Shown here in pieces: positions 48,223 through 56,159 of a stretch of 56,746 bases of DNA; within the stretch, counting starts at the first letter, position 1, and each line of letters opens with the position of its first letter. The notes under the pieces are model-generated. The model was not told where the DNA came from. It did not search any database and worked only from the letters and a program-made list of their open reading frames with translations. This DNA is from a virus. Lineage: Duplodnaviria; Caudoviricetes. A program made the translations under genes and the position numbers. The stretch spans positions 1 to 56,746 of IMG/VR virus record IMGVR_UViG_3300031520_000193; one strand, written 5' to 3'.

Positions 48223-48382
48223 GACTAGTCACGCTCAGCGGCGGCCGCACAGTCACCATCGCGTTTTCACCATGCCGCAGGAGAACGCCGAGCGACACGC
48301 TCTTGCGTTTATACCAGGGAGTGCAAGAGCACGAAGCTCCAGATCATCTAGCCCCAAGCCGCTATGGCGGCGATGTCCCTCA

Positions 48383-49069
48383 TCAGGATTGCGCGTCCAT
48401 TACACCATCGTGCGCGAGCCGCCAAGCCTCAATCTTCCAAGAGCGCGAACCGAAGATCACCATAGCGTTTCGACCGTCGCTACTCTCAACAACGCCGGTC
48501 ACGCCGGTCAGCGCTGGCATGTCATCGATTGTCACGTGCTCCCCGGCAGCAAAGTCGCGGCGTTCAGCCCGCAGCGCTTTGCGACGCTCGGCTTCCGCCA
48601 TCCGCATCGCCTTCATCCGCGCTTGTTCGGTCCTGAGCGCGGCGATACGGATGCGGTCCGCCTCTTCTCGCGTTTCGGCGTCACGCTGGAGATGGATCGC
48701 TATAGCGGCGGCGCGCTCCGCCAGTCGCAATCCACCGACCTCGCGATCTCCGATCAGCGGTATACGGCCGGCATGCTGAAACATCGAAAACGCCGGATGC
48801 TGACTGGCCGGTTTCGTCGCCAGCTCAAACAGCGAGGTGCAATCGGTAGCCCGAGCAAAGATGAACGTGGGCAGGATCGGCGCGTCGACCTCGACCGTAT
48901 GCCTGCGACCGTCCAACCGCTTGCTCGGCCTTGGCCGTTTGAAGGTCTTCACCGGCGTCCACACGTCGAACCCGGCTGCAGCGAGCGACCGCGCTAACGA
49001 AAGCGTCTTCGACCCCGAACACCGCAATATGCACCAGCGATCAACCCCGCCTACCAAATCCGTCCCCAC
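48383..49069 (-). CDS. NusG-family transcription antiterminator
   Basis: WCILR..G..V.TP..PILPTFIF NGN domain; F..GE.V.I....G..GVV KOW domain. Confidence 0.82.
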   Translation of the reverse strand: MGTDLVGGVDRWCILRCSGSKTLSLARSLAAAGFDVWTPVKTFKRPRPSKRLDGRRHTVEVDAPILPTFIFARATDCTSLFELATKPASQHPAFSMFQHAGRIPLIGDREVGGLRLAERAAAIAIHLQRDAETREEADRIRIAALRTEQARMKAMRMAEAERRKALRAERRDFAAGEHVTIDDMPALTGVTGVVESSDGRNAMVIFGSRSWKIEAWRLAHDGVMDAQS

Positions 49070-49265
49070 TTCCCCCTCACCTCCCCCATCCTGCCCTCAC
49101 AGCCCCGAAACCGCCGCGCGCCTATTCCTGCCACCCTCGCGCCGGAAACGCGCTGCACGAGGCGGAAATCGGCTGGCGGATGAGACGCGCTCTCTACGCC
49201 CGGCAAGCACCGCGTCGCCGACGCGATCCTGCGTGAGGGACTGGAGCGGAGGGAGGCGGGGTGAG

Positions 49266-50693
49266 TCATGCGGCCTCGTCCAAGCGGAACGTGCTGTCCC
49301 GATGGTCAAAGGTGACGAACACGCTGCCCTTGCGACCTGGCAGGCCCATGCGAACCTTCGTCACGCGCAGCTCGGCGCGGTTCTCGTCGGGGCGCGGTCG
49401 GTGGTAGGTCAGCCCATAATCGGCCTTGTTCGCCCAATTCGCCGACCCGCTGATGTCGTACAAGCCCGGCGCGCGATGCTTGCCCTCGCCGGGCTTGGTC
49501 GGATGAGCAATGATCCAGAACGCAACCTGGTATAGCTTGGCGAACGCCTTGATCGCCCGGAGCGCGCGGCTGATATAATCCGTTTCGGTCTCGTCACGAC
49601 GGCGCTTGTGCTCGAGCTCGTTCCACGGATCGAGCACCACGACCTTCACGCCGTCGCGGATCACCGCGGTTCGACACAGCCCGAGGAAAAAATCGAGGTC
49701 CATCTCGTCTTCCTCGTCGACCATCTGAGTGATGATCCGCACGTTGTCGGCGATCAGGGCATCGGCTTGGCGCATGTCGCGGGTACGCGCTTCGTGGAGT
49801 GAGCATAGCGCCACGGATGCGCGTAGATGATCGCGCAGAATCGGCTTAACGTCCGTCTCGAAACTGGCGATGCAGAGCGGGATGTTGTGCCGGATAAGGT
49901 TGCCGATCACCGCATTGATCAGCGTCGATTTGCCCATGTTCGCGTAGCCGGTGAACACCGTGAGCGTTCCCGGCACGATCGCCATCATATCGTCGAGCGC
50001 GGATATCCCCGTCGGCCAGACGGTCAGCTCGCCACGCTCGGGAAACTCGTCGAGCGTGTAGAGTCCCTTGATCGGGTAGGGCCGCGCCTCGTCGAGCATC
50101 CGGCACAACGCGGTGTGACCGTAGTGTTTCGCGACGTCGCCAGCGTCTTTGCACCCTTCCGGGTAAATCACGAACAGGCACCGCTCCGGCCCGAAGAGCC
50201 GGCATAAATCCGCCGCGAGCGCGCGTCCGGGAGCGTCATTGTCGACGCACAGGATCACTTTTCCGACCTTCGCGAGCAGTGCCTCGCAACGCCAGAACCA
50301 CTGATAGCGCTTGCCTTCGGTCAGCGCCGCGTCGTCACTCGTTTTCGCCGGCGCGCCGTTCGGGACGGACACGACCCGGCGCTTGCCGGCGGTCAGGATC
50401 GTCAGCGCATCCCACTCCCCCTCCGCCATGATCAGCGGTTGTGGAGCCAGCGAGTCGTCCAGCAACACGTCGTGGTTCCACAACGTCAGCGGCGCGTCGT
50501 CGTCCATCCGGTACGCATGCGCTTCCGACACGACCCGGTATTTGTGGTTCACGATCCGCCCATGCTCCGGGTAGGGCACCGCCAACCAGTTGCGGCCGCC
50601 ACCCAAGGCGGTGTGCAGGCCGAACTTGCGCGCCAGCTCTGGGTCGATACCCCGCGCGTCCAACCAGTCGACGTGCGGTTTCTTCAGCTCCAC
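49266..50693 (-). CDS. T7 gp4/Twinkle-like TOPRIM primase-SF4 helicase lacking the N-terminal zinc domain
   Basis: EGEWDAL, SVPNGA, DND.PG, KDA, TGYANMGKS, LDPWN, AHP.K, ISGS..W. Confidence 0.9.
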   Translation of the reverse strand: MELKKPHVDWLDARGIDPELARKFGLHTALGGGRNWLAVPYPEHGRIVNHKYRVVSEAHAYRMDDDAPLTLWNHDVLLDDSLAPQPLIMAEGEWDALTILTAGKRRVVSVPNGAPAKTSDDAALTEGKRYQWFWRCEALLAKVGKVILCVDNDAPGRALAADLCRLFGPERCLFVIYPEGCKDAGDVAKHYGHTALCRMLDEARPYPIKGLYTLDEFPERGELTVWPTGISALDDMMAIVPGTLTVFTGYANMGKSTLINAVIGNLIRHNIPLCIASFETDVKPILRDHLRASVALCSLHEARTRDMRQADALIADNVRIITQMVDEEDEMDLDFFLGLCRTAVIRDGVKVVVLDPWNELEHKRRRDETETDYISRALRAIKAFAKLYQVAFWIIAHPTKPGEGKHRAPGLYDISGSANWANKADYGLTYHRPRPDENRAELRVTKVRMGLPGRKGSVFVTFDHRDSTFRLDEAA

Positions 50694-50883
50694 GTGATCC
50701 GTCCTTCCATCCGCAATGGTGACAAAATGCGGCCCAGCCATCCGCGTCGATCAGCACCGCCAAACACCGGTCCGTCTTCTTCCGTCGGGTGTGCGAACAC
50801 TCGGGGCAAGTGGCGCGGTGTTCGCCTTGTCCACTTGAGCGGAGCCGAATCCGAGCGGCGGCGAGCTGGTTCGCGATGGTCAT
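50335..50883 (-). CDS. Primase zinc-binding domain encoded as a separate ORF (recognisable part about 50700-50883)
   Basis: TCPECSHTRRKK.D.CL...CHHCGW. Confidence 0.7.
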   Translation of the reverse strand: MTIANQLAAARIRLRSSGQGEHRATCPECSHTRRKKTDRCLAVLIDADGWAAFCHHCGWKDGSRGAEETARRLVGRAGYRPRAGAQVRPAHRLGWRPQLVGGALPGAWADREPQIPGRVGSACVPDGRRRAADVVEPRRVAGRLAGSTTADHGGGGVGCADDPDRRQAPGRVRPERRAGENE

Positions 50884-51581
50884 GCGAGGGGGTAAGCATT
50901 AAGCTCCTCCCGTCGATCAGCGTGAAGCTGTTCCTGGTGCTTCCGATTCAGCGCCCCCGACGTGGTGTGAAACCACGTCTTTTGCTTCACCGGATTCGAC
51001 GCGAACCACGCATCGAGCGAAGTAAGTTCTGCCAAAATGTCGGGAATAGCGTGGTAGGCTTTCCGCCACCTCGCCAGGTCGATCTCAGTCAGACGGATCG
51101 TTCCGCCTTGAAACGCATATCGACCGCTGGCGGCGCTAGCCGCGTCACCTTCTTCTTTCTTCTCTTCTTCTAAAGTGGGTGTGGGTGTGGGTGTGGGGGC
51201 ATCGTTTTGGCACGGGTTTGGCAGTGCCGTCGCATCATCTTTTTTCGCCTTATTCCAACGACTTGCAGCGTTGTTGCGTTGAGTGCGGCTCTTACCTGCC
51301 ACATACATGCGCTCAGCCGACAACCGTTTTTGCACCCAAGTCTTTGTGCGCCCGTCCCGCTTCCAGAACGCCAAAAGCGTCGCTTTGTGCGTTGCCCACT
51401 CGCGCGCGGACATTCCGGCAAGCCGTGCAAGAACCTCATCGTCATCTGGAAGCGAACAGGAAGGTCGTCGCCACGCCTCTATGAGCAGCAGCAGATAAGC
51501 ACCGTGTTGAACGGTTGTGAGATGACGAGTATCGGCAAGATACGCATCAGTCCATAGAGGCAAAGCCGGATAATCCGCCAC
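50880..51581 (-). CDS. DUF1376/YdaU-family replication protein
   Basis: PLWTDAYLADT.HLT..QHGAY.LLL, LPDDD..LARLA, QKRL. Confidence 0.88.
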   Translation of the reverse strand: MADYPALPLWTDAYLADTRHLTTVQHGAYLLLLIEAWRRPSCSLPDDDEVLARLAGMSAREWATHKATLLAFWKRDGRTKTWVQKRLSAERMYVAGKSRTQRNNAASRWNKAKKDDATALPNPCQNDAPTPTPTPTLEEEKKEEGDAASAASGRYAFQGGTIRLTEIDLARWRKAYHAIPDILAELTSLDAWFASNPVKQKTWFHTTSGALNRKHQEQLHADRREELNAYPLA

Positions 51582-51772
51582 TATACCGTCTCCAGACCAT
51601 GTATTTCGATCAGAAGATTTACGGTATCTTCCGATATGATGTTCTGCTTTCGCAGCCGATCCAGTACGCTAATCTTTGCTTCGGCTTCATCAAACGTGTC
51701 GAGTAGCGCGCTAAACGCGGCTTGGCGACGGGCCGTCACAAGCGATTGGGCGATCCACTCACCGGAGTTCAT
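51581..51772 (-). CDS. Hypothetical protein
   Basis: Translationally coupled ORF. Confidence 0.6.
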   Translation of the reverse strand: MNSGEWIAQSLVTARRQAAFSALLDTFDEAEAKISVLDRLRKQNIISEDTVNLLIEIHGLETV

Positions 51773-51945
51773 GCCGCCTGCACCTCAAAAATAGCGAACC
51801 AATCGGCGGCTTCGGCGTAACTCAGCACACCGCACTCACGCGTCAACAGAACGCGCTCTTTGCGTTCGGCCGGATCGTCACAGTTCGCGATGGCGCGTTC
51901 GACGATGGCCTTCGCCAGCGATGTGAAGGGCTGCGTCCCCCTCAC
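51769..51945 (-). CDS. Hypothetical protein
   Basis: GTGA overlap with the rusA stop. Confidence 0.6.
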   Translation of the reverse strand: MRGTQPFTSLAKAIVERAIANCDDPAERKERVLLTRECGVLSYAEAADWFAIFEVQAA

Positions 51946-52361
51946 AACGCGATCACCGTCACGTCGACGCCCGGCGCCACCCCGTACCGCTTCGCCAGCT
52001 CCCACGACGCGATGCGGCTGTCGTCAGCCCAGACGACACCGTTCAGGCCATCGCCGATCGCCTTTGCGATGTTGTCCCCGTCCGGCCGCGAGGTGTGCCA
52101 GGCGGTGCCTTCGATCGCCGCCGCGCGCTTCCGCTTCGACCAGCTCGCCGGAATCGCGAACGTCGCCACCACCTCCACGCGCAGCGGCCCGTCGAACGGA
52201 GTCTGCCCGTCCATCGCGTGGCTTCCGCGCAATGCGACCAAGCCTTCATACGCGACGGTCTTTTCCGGCGTGTACGCGCGCGCGAAGCCGTCCCGCGTGG
52301 AAATGCGGGCGCGGCCTTTCGCGATAGGTTGGCCTGGGATGTGGAAGCGCAGGAGGGTCAC
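51942..52361 (-). CDS. rusA: RusA Holliday junction resolvase
   Basis: P..KGR.R, YTP..T..YE, RPDGDNIAK...D.LNG....DD. Confidence 0.92.
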   Translation of the reverse strand: MTLLRFHIPGQPIAKGRARISTRDGFARAYTPEKTVAYEGLVALRGSHAMDGQTPFDGPLRVEVVATFAIPASWSKRKRAAAIEGTAWHTSRPDGDNIAKAIGDGLNGVVWADDSRIASWELAKRYGVAPGVDVTVIAL

Positions 52362-52615
52362 GCGGCCTCGTCGTCATGCTTGGGCATGGGTAGATGCTCC
52401 GGTTCTGATATGGTGGCGCACCCGGCCGCCTCGGGATTGGTGATGAGCAGTTCGTAAGCGTCGGCTGGCGGTGGAATCTTGGCGTCCTCCACCTCGATCA
52501 GCTTGGCCTCGCGCGCGTCGATGCCGTTGGCGATGAACGTCAGCGCATCCGCCACGCTCGCGCCGTCGCGTCGGGCGATCCGGTAGCGCCGGAGCTGCTG
52601 CGATCCGCTACTCAC
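52358..52615 (-). CDS. Hypothetical protein
   Basis: GTGA-coupled ORF. Confidence 0.6.
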   Translation of the reverse strand: MSSGSQQLRRYRIARRDGASVADALTFIANGIDAREAKLIEVEDAKIPPPADAYELLITNPEAAGCATISEPEHLPMPKHDDEAA

Positions 52616-52812
52616 CGACGTTCCTCCATCAGCGCGACGAACCCGCTCGCCACCGCCCGCCGCAATGCCGCCGTGGTGCGCGCCTTGCGATCGGCGATGA
52701 TCTCCCGGCGCTTGGCGCGGGTCAGGTCCGCCAGCGTGATTTCAATGCGCGCGGGGGCGGGCATGGGCTCGGGCGGCACGGTGCGACCAGTGAGGCGGCG
52801 AAGGATACTCAC
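52612..52812 (-). CDS. Hypothetical protein
   Basis: GTGA-coupled ORF. Confidence 0.6.
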   Translation of the reverse strand: MSILRRLTGRTVPPEPMPAPARIEITLADLTRAKRREIIADRKARTTAALRRAVASGFVALMEERR

Positions 52813-53024
52813 GCCCCCACCTCCCGCCGCAACCGCCCCTGCGCCGCCACCAGCGCCGCCTCCACCCGCCTGCGATCATCGCGCCCGTTCACCCCGTATC
52901 GGTCGCACACCGCGTCCGGAGACGCCTCCAGCACCCGCGCCGCCGTGCCGCTGGCGATGAACGTCAGCGCATCCGTCAGCTTGTTCGCTTGTGTGCGCGG
53001 CGGGGAGAAGCGAGGGCGGTTCAT
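52809..53024 (-). CDS. Hypothetical protein
   Basis: ATGA overlap with the methyltransferase stop. Confidence 0.6.
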   Translation of the reverse strand: MNRPRFSPPRTQANKLTDALTFIASGTAARVLEASPDAVCDRYGVNGRDDRRRVEAALVAAQGRLRREVGA

Positions 53025-53845
53025 GCGGCCGCGTCCGCAAACTTGCCGACCTCGTTGCCCCACGCGGACCAAACAGGGCGACTCGTGCGCGCGAACAGTT
53101 CGAGGTAAGGTCCACTGACAAGCTGCTCGATGCGCTCGCGGGCGGCTTCCGGCTTGCGGCTATGCTCGCGGCGCGGTTCCAAAATGACTTGGCGCACACC
53201 TTTTGAGAGGCGGCGAGGTGACCCCCGGGTAAATAACCAGCAAGGCTCAACCTGCTTACGTGTCCAGTATCCAAAGCCCATTCGAGGCTCTGGTATATCA
53301 CCCGTAAACAGGTCTATTTGATCCGCGCCAATCAGCCGTTGCTTGATCCAGTAGAAGGCGTCCGTTTTGAAGGTAAACCCCCACGTCGATGCGAGTTCGA
53401 TCGACTCTGCCAAATGCGAGCCGACAACCCACATGAATAATGCACAATCTCGCGCTGCGATATCGCTGATCGGAAGTGCTTTTAATTCGGCAAGAGTCAT
53501 CGTGCGATAATGATCTTCGGCGCAACGATGCGGGGTCATGTTCTCGCCAGAGAACGTGCGGAACGCCCAAGGCGGGTCGGCGTAAATCGCCCCAAAGCCA
53601 CCGGGCGGAATGGTGAGGTCTATCACAACATCCCCCCCGCTCACGCCGCCCACAGGGAGGTTGCTCAGCGCGATCGTGCGGGGAGCGGCGCGCGTCATCG
53701 CCAGCGTCACACCGTCCCGTCGGGCGCGCGCGAAAACAGACCCTGGCGTCCGCCCAAACACCGTCGCGATTTGCGACGCGACCATGCCGTCCGCCGCCAG
53801 CCGGACAAGCTGCGCGACCTCGCGATTGGTCCACCAGCGCGTCAC
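53021..53845 (-). CDS. GcrA-like HTH fused in frame to an MT-A70 family adenine methyltransferase
   Basis: WT..EV..L..L...G..ASQIA..G.T..SV; IYADPPW, HY.TM, LFMW, MG.GYWTR, REHSRKP, LELFAR, WGNE. Confidence 0.85.
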   Translation of the reverse strand: MTRWWTNREVAQLVRLAADGMVASQIATVFGRTPGSVFARARRDGVTLAMTRAAPRTIALSNLPVGGVSGGDVVIDLTIPPGGFGAIYADPPWAFRTFSGENMTPHRCAEDHYRTMTLAELKALPISDIAARDCALFMWVVGSHLAESIELASTWGFTFKTDAFYWIKQRLIGADQIDLFTGDIPEPRMGFGYWTRKQVEPCWLFTRGSPRRLSKGVRQVILEPRREHSRKPEAARERIEQLVSGPYLELFARTSRPVWSAWGNEVGKFADAAA

Positions 53846-54021
53846 AGCGTCATCACCACCGGCTCGGAAACCGGGTGGAACGAGAACAGCGCACCGCATG
53901 CCTCAACCGGGCCTAGTGCGGGCTGAACGCGCGCCGGGACGAGTATTGGACGTGGTGAACAAACGTCCCCACCAAACGTGGTAAATGTGCCTTTGCGGGG
54001 CGAGCCGTTTTGGTACACGCC

Positions 54022-54273
54022 TTAGCCCTCCCCGCCCGCGATCGGGGGCGCTACGTCATCGTCATGCGAGCGCGCGCCAGTCACGAACGGCTCAAAGCTG
54101 CCCGCAATGGGATACGAGAACCCGTCAAAGTACGCGGGCTGGTCCGGCTGGTCCGGCTGGTCCGGCAAGCGGTACGGCCGCAGGTCGAGTTCGTCGGCGC
54201 GCTTGCAGCCGGTGAAGAAAACCAGCAGCAAGGCTACCGCGGTGGCGTAGAGGATGAGGCCCAGCGCGATCAT
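54022..54273 (-). CDS. Small membrane/lipoprotein-like protein
   Basis: Hydrophobic N-terminus ending FTGC; PDQ x3 repeat. Confidence 0.55.
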   Translation of the reverse strand: MIALGLILYATAVALLLVFFTGCKRADELDLRPYRLPDQPDQPDQPAYFDGFSYPIAGSFEPFVTGARSHDDDVAPPIAGGEG

Positions 54274-54453
54274 CTACGCGGCCTCCGGCCGCATGATCGC
54301 CGCCCGGCACCACTCGTCGCGTTCGCCTTGCGACAGCAGCGGCCACAACGCCGGATCGCGGCTCGCCTCGAAACACTCGCGCGCTTGGGCGAGGATGAAG
54401 GCTTCGGGATCAGCCACCATCTCTGGATCGAGCGGAGGGACGAGGAGCGCCAT
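54274..54453 (-). CDS. Small hypothetical protein (59 aa)
   Basis: MALLVPPLDPEMVADPEAFILAQARE...; packed ORF. Confidence 0.5.
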   Translation of the reverse strand: MALLVPPLDPEMVADPEAFILAQARECFEASRDPALWPLLSQGERDEWCRAAIMRPEAA

Positions 54454-54456
54454 GTC

Positions 54457-54618
54457 CTACAGGCCCGCCCAATGCAGAGCCTCGGCCACCAACGCCCCGA
54501 CAGCAACAACGGCGGACACTCCAAGTGTCGCGCCAACGGCGGACCAGTAACCGGCCTCGATGCGTTGCGTCCACGAAGGAGGGCGGTACACGATGATGAT
54601 GCGACGTTCGTCGGTCAT
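54457..54618 (-). CDS. Small membrane protein (53 aa)
   Basis: GAAGGA RBS; TM segment AVGATLGVSAVVAVGALVA. Confidence 0.5.
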   Translation of the reverse strand: MTDERRIIIVYRPPSWTQRIEAGYWSAVGATLGVSAVVAVGALVAEALHWAGL

Positions 54619-54621
54619 CTG

Positions 54622-54744
54622 CTACAGTCCTTCCTCATTCATGCGGTCGCGCTCGGCTTGTCGCCTCTTACGGGTCGCGGACTTCGTTATGATGAGCATC
54701 GTCACCGCAAGGCCGGCGGCGTAGCCTGCCGTGAACATGATCAT
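54622..54744 (-). CDS. Small membrane protein (40 aa)
   Basis: ATGA overlap; MIMFTAGYAAGLAVTMLII. Confidence 0.45.
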   Translation of the reverse strand: MIMFTAGYAAGLAVTMLIITKSATRKRRQAERDRMNEEGL

Positions 54745-55115
54745 GCGCCTAGTCCTTCCACTAGGTCAGCCCAGTGAGTCGGTTCCACCGCCAGAAACAG
54801 CGGGCCGTGCGCCGTTCGCGCGATCTCCCACCGTCCGGCGTCGGCAGCCCACACGCCGGTTTCGATGGCGTCCGGGTCGCTCGCGATGGCGAGCATGACC
54901 TTGCGCCCGTCGCGGGGAGCGGTGGCGATTGGCTGCCAGTCGATTGCGGCGTTGATCCGGTCCCGGGGCGATTGCGTCCCGTGCTGTACGAACGCGGCGA
55001 GAGCATCGGCGGCGGCTATCACCTCATCCGAGCTAGCGGAGCGATGAACATTGGCGAGAGTCAGCTCCACGCATTTCAGGCGCAGGGCTTGGTCGGGATT
55101 CAGGTAATCGCTCAT
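54741..55115 (-). CDS. Hypothetical protein with DUF551-like WQPIATAP domain
   Basis: WQPIATAPRDG...PTHW. Confidence 0.7.
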   Translation of the reverse strand: MSDYLNPDQALRLKCVELTLANVHRSASSDEVIAAADALAAFVQHGTQSPRDRINAAIDWQPIATAPRDGRKVMLAIASDPDAIETGVWAADAGRWEIARTAHGPLFLAVEPTHWADLVEGLGA

Positions 55116-55345
55116 GCTGCTTGCTCCACGGGTGTGACGCGGGCGCGGGCCACCGTGCCAGAAAGCTCTGCCGCGTTAAGCTCGCCCGCTGTCGCCCGCT
55201 CAACATCAAGCGCCAAGTTGGGTGGCCATTCGGTCGAGTTGCGAAGTTGAGACAGTCGCCCCTTGGAAACGCCCATTTCGAGACTGAGCGCCGTGAGCGA
55301 CTTCGCGTCCGGTCGGGACAGGTATGCGTCTAGCGTCATGTCCAT
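55112..55345 (-). CDS. cro: Cro/YdaS-like HTH protein
   Basis: L.AYL...S...LS...GVS.GRLSQ; divergent from the repressor gene. Confidence 0.78.
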   Translation of the reverse strand: MDMTLDAYLSRPDAKSLTALSLEMGVSKGRLSQLRNSTEWPPNLALDVERATAGELNAAELSGTVARARVTPVEQAA

Positions 55346-55347
55346 AG

Positions 55348-55400
55348 GTTTAGGCAGTCTAAACCAATCGCGCAAGCCCCTTAGTTCAGGCTGGCGAAAC
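55348..55400. promoter_or_regulatory. Right operators and cro promoter
   Basis: GTTTAG-N5-CTAAAC (55348) and GTTCAG-N5-CGAAAC (55384); minus strand TTGCGC, 17 nt, TAAACC. Confidence 0.75.
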
Positions 55401-55433
55401 GACGCCGCGCGGTCGGGCTGGTATCCCCGACAC

Positions 55434-55745
55434 ATGACAGCGCCGCGCCACGACTGGTTTTTGCGCGAATGGCTGCGAACGCTCGGAAAGCGCCAGGCGG
55501 ATATTGTGAAGGACTTGGACTGGAATAAGTCCAAGGTGAGCCTGATGATCCGGGGCGAACAGCAATACACCCGCGAAACGGTCAACGAGCTGGCGGATTA
55601 TCTGAGCCTCCGGCCTCACGAGCTGTTGATGCACCCCGACGATGCGATGGCGCTTCGCCGGTTGCGAGCGGACATGCTCCGGCTCGCTCACTCCATAGAA
55701 GATGCCGAGCCGGAATCGGCGATGAAGAAAGTTTCGATCGGCTAA
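55434..55745 (+). CDS. cI: XRE-family phage repressor without S24 peptidase domain
   Basis: WFLREW....RQADIV..L.W.KSKVS..I.G HTH; 103 aa; flanked by operators. Confidence 0.82.
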   Translation: MTAPRHDWFLREWLRTLGKRQADIVKDLDWNKSKVSLMIRGEQQYTRETVNELADYLSLRPHELLMHPDDAMALRRLRADMLRLAHSIEDAEPESAMKKVSIG

Positions 55746-55783
55746 ACTTTCTGCTTGCCAGTTCGGTTTAGCCATTCTAAACA
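55731..55783 (+). promoter_or_regulatory. Left operators and early promoter
   Basis: GTTTCG-N5-CTAAAC (55731) and GTTTAG-N5-CTAAAC (55766); TTGCCA, 17 nt, TAAACA. Confidence 0.75.
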
Positions 55784-55883
55784 GCCCCCAGACGCCCTCC
55801 CGGCGCTCGGAGCTAAACATGCCCCTCACCCCCGACCCGGCCACCACGGCCACGATCACCGCTCCCGCCGACGCGGTGCTGGC

Positions 55884-56159
55884 ATGAGCGCGCTTTCCCC
55901 CGCCCTTCGCACCGAGCTGGTGAAGCTCACCCTTGCGCAACAGCTCGACCTCCTTGGCGAGCTGGTAGAGCCGAGCATCCGCACCCCCTTCGACACAAAC
56001 GGCGATCAACAGGACGAATGGTTCGACGTACTCGCCCCGGTGACAGAGGCCTACGTTGCCGCCTTCCGCGCGCTGCAGGCGGTTGCCGATCCGCAGCCGT
56101 TGTCCGGCTGGCACGATGATGCGGCTGACCGCCGGTATTTCGAGCGGGTAACGGCATGA
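55884..56159 (+). CDS. Hypothetical early protein
   Basis: ATG 55884; ATGA overlap with next ORF. Confidence 0.6.
   Translation: MSALSPALRTELVKLTLAQQLDLLGELVEPSIRTPFDTNGDQQDEWFDVLAPVTEAYVAAFRALQAVADPQPLSGWHDDAADRRYFERVTA

Noticed and set aside
51175-51240. GTGGGT repeats as replication iterons
   Set aside because: They simply encode a PTPTPT linker; the origin could lie here but the evidence is insufficient
51581-51945. Two adjacent small ORFs as paralogues
   Set aside because: Only a vague pattern similarity by eye, which cannot be supported without an alignment
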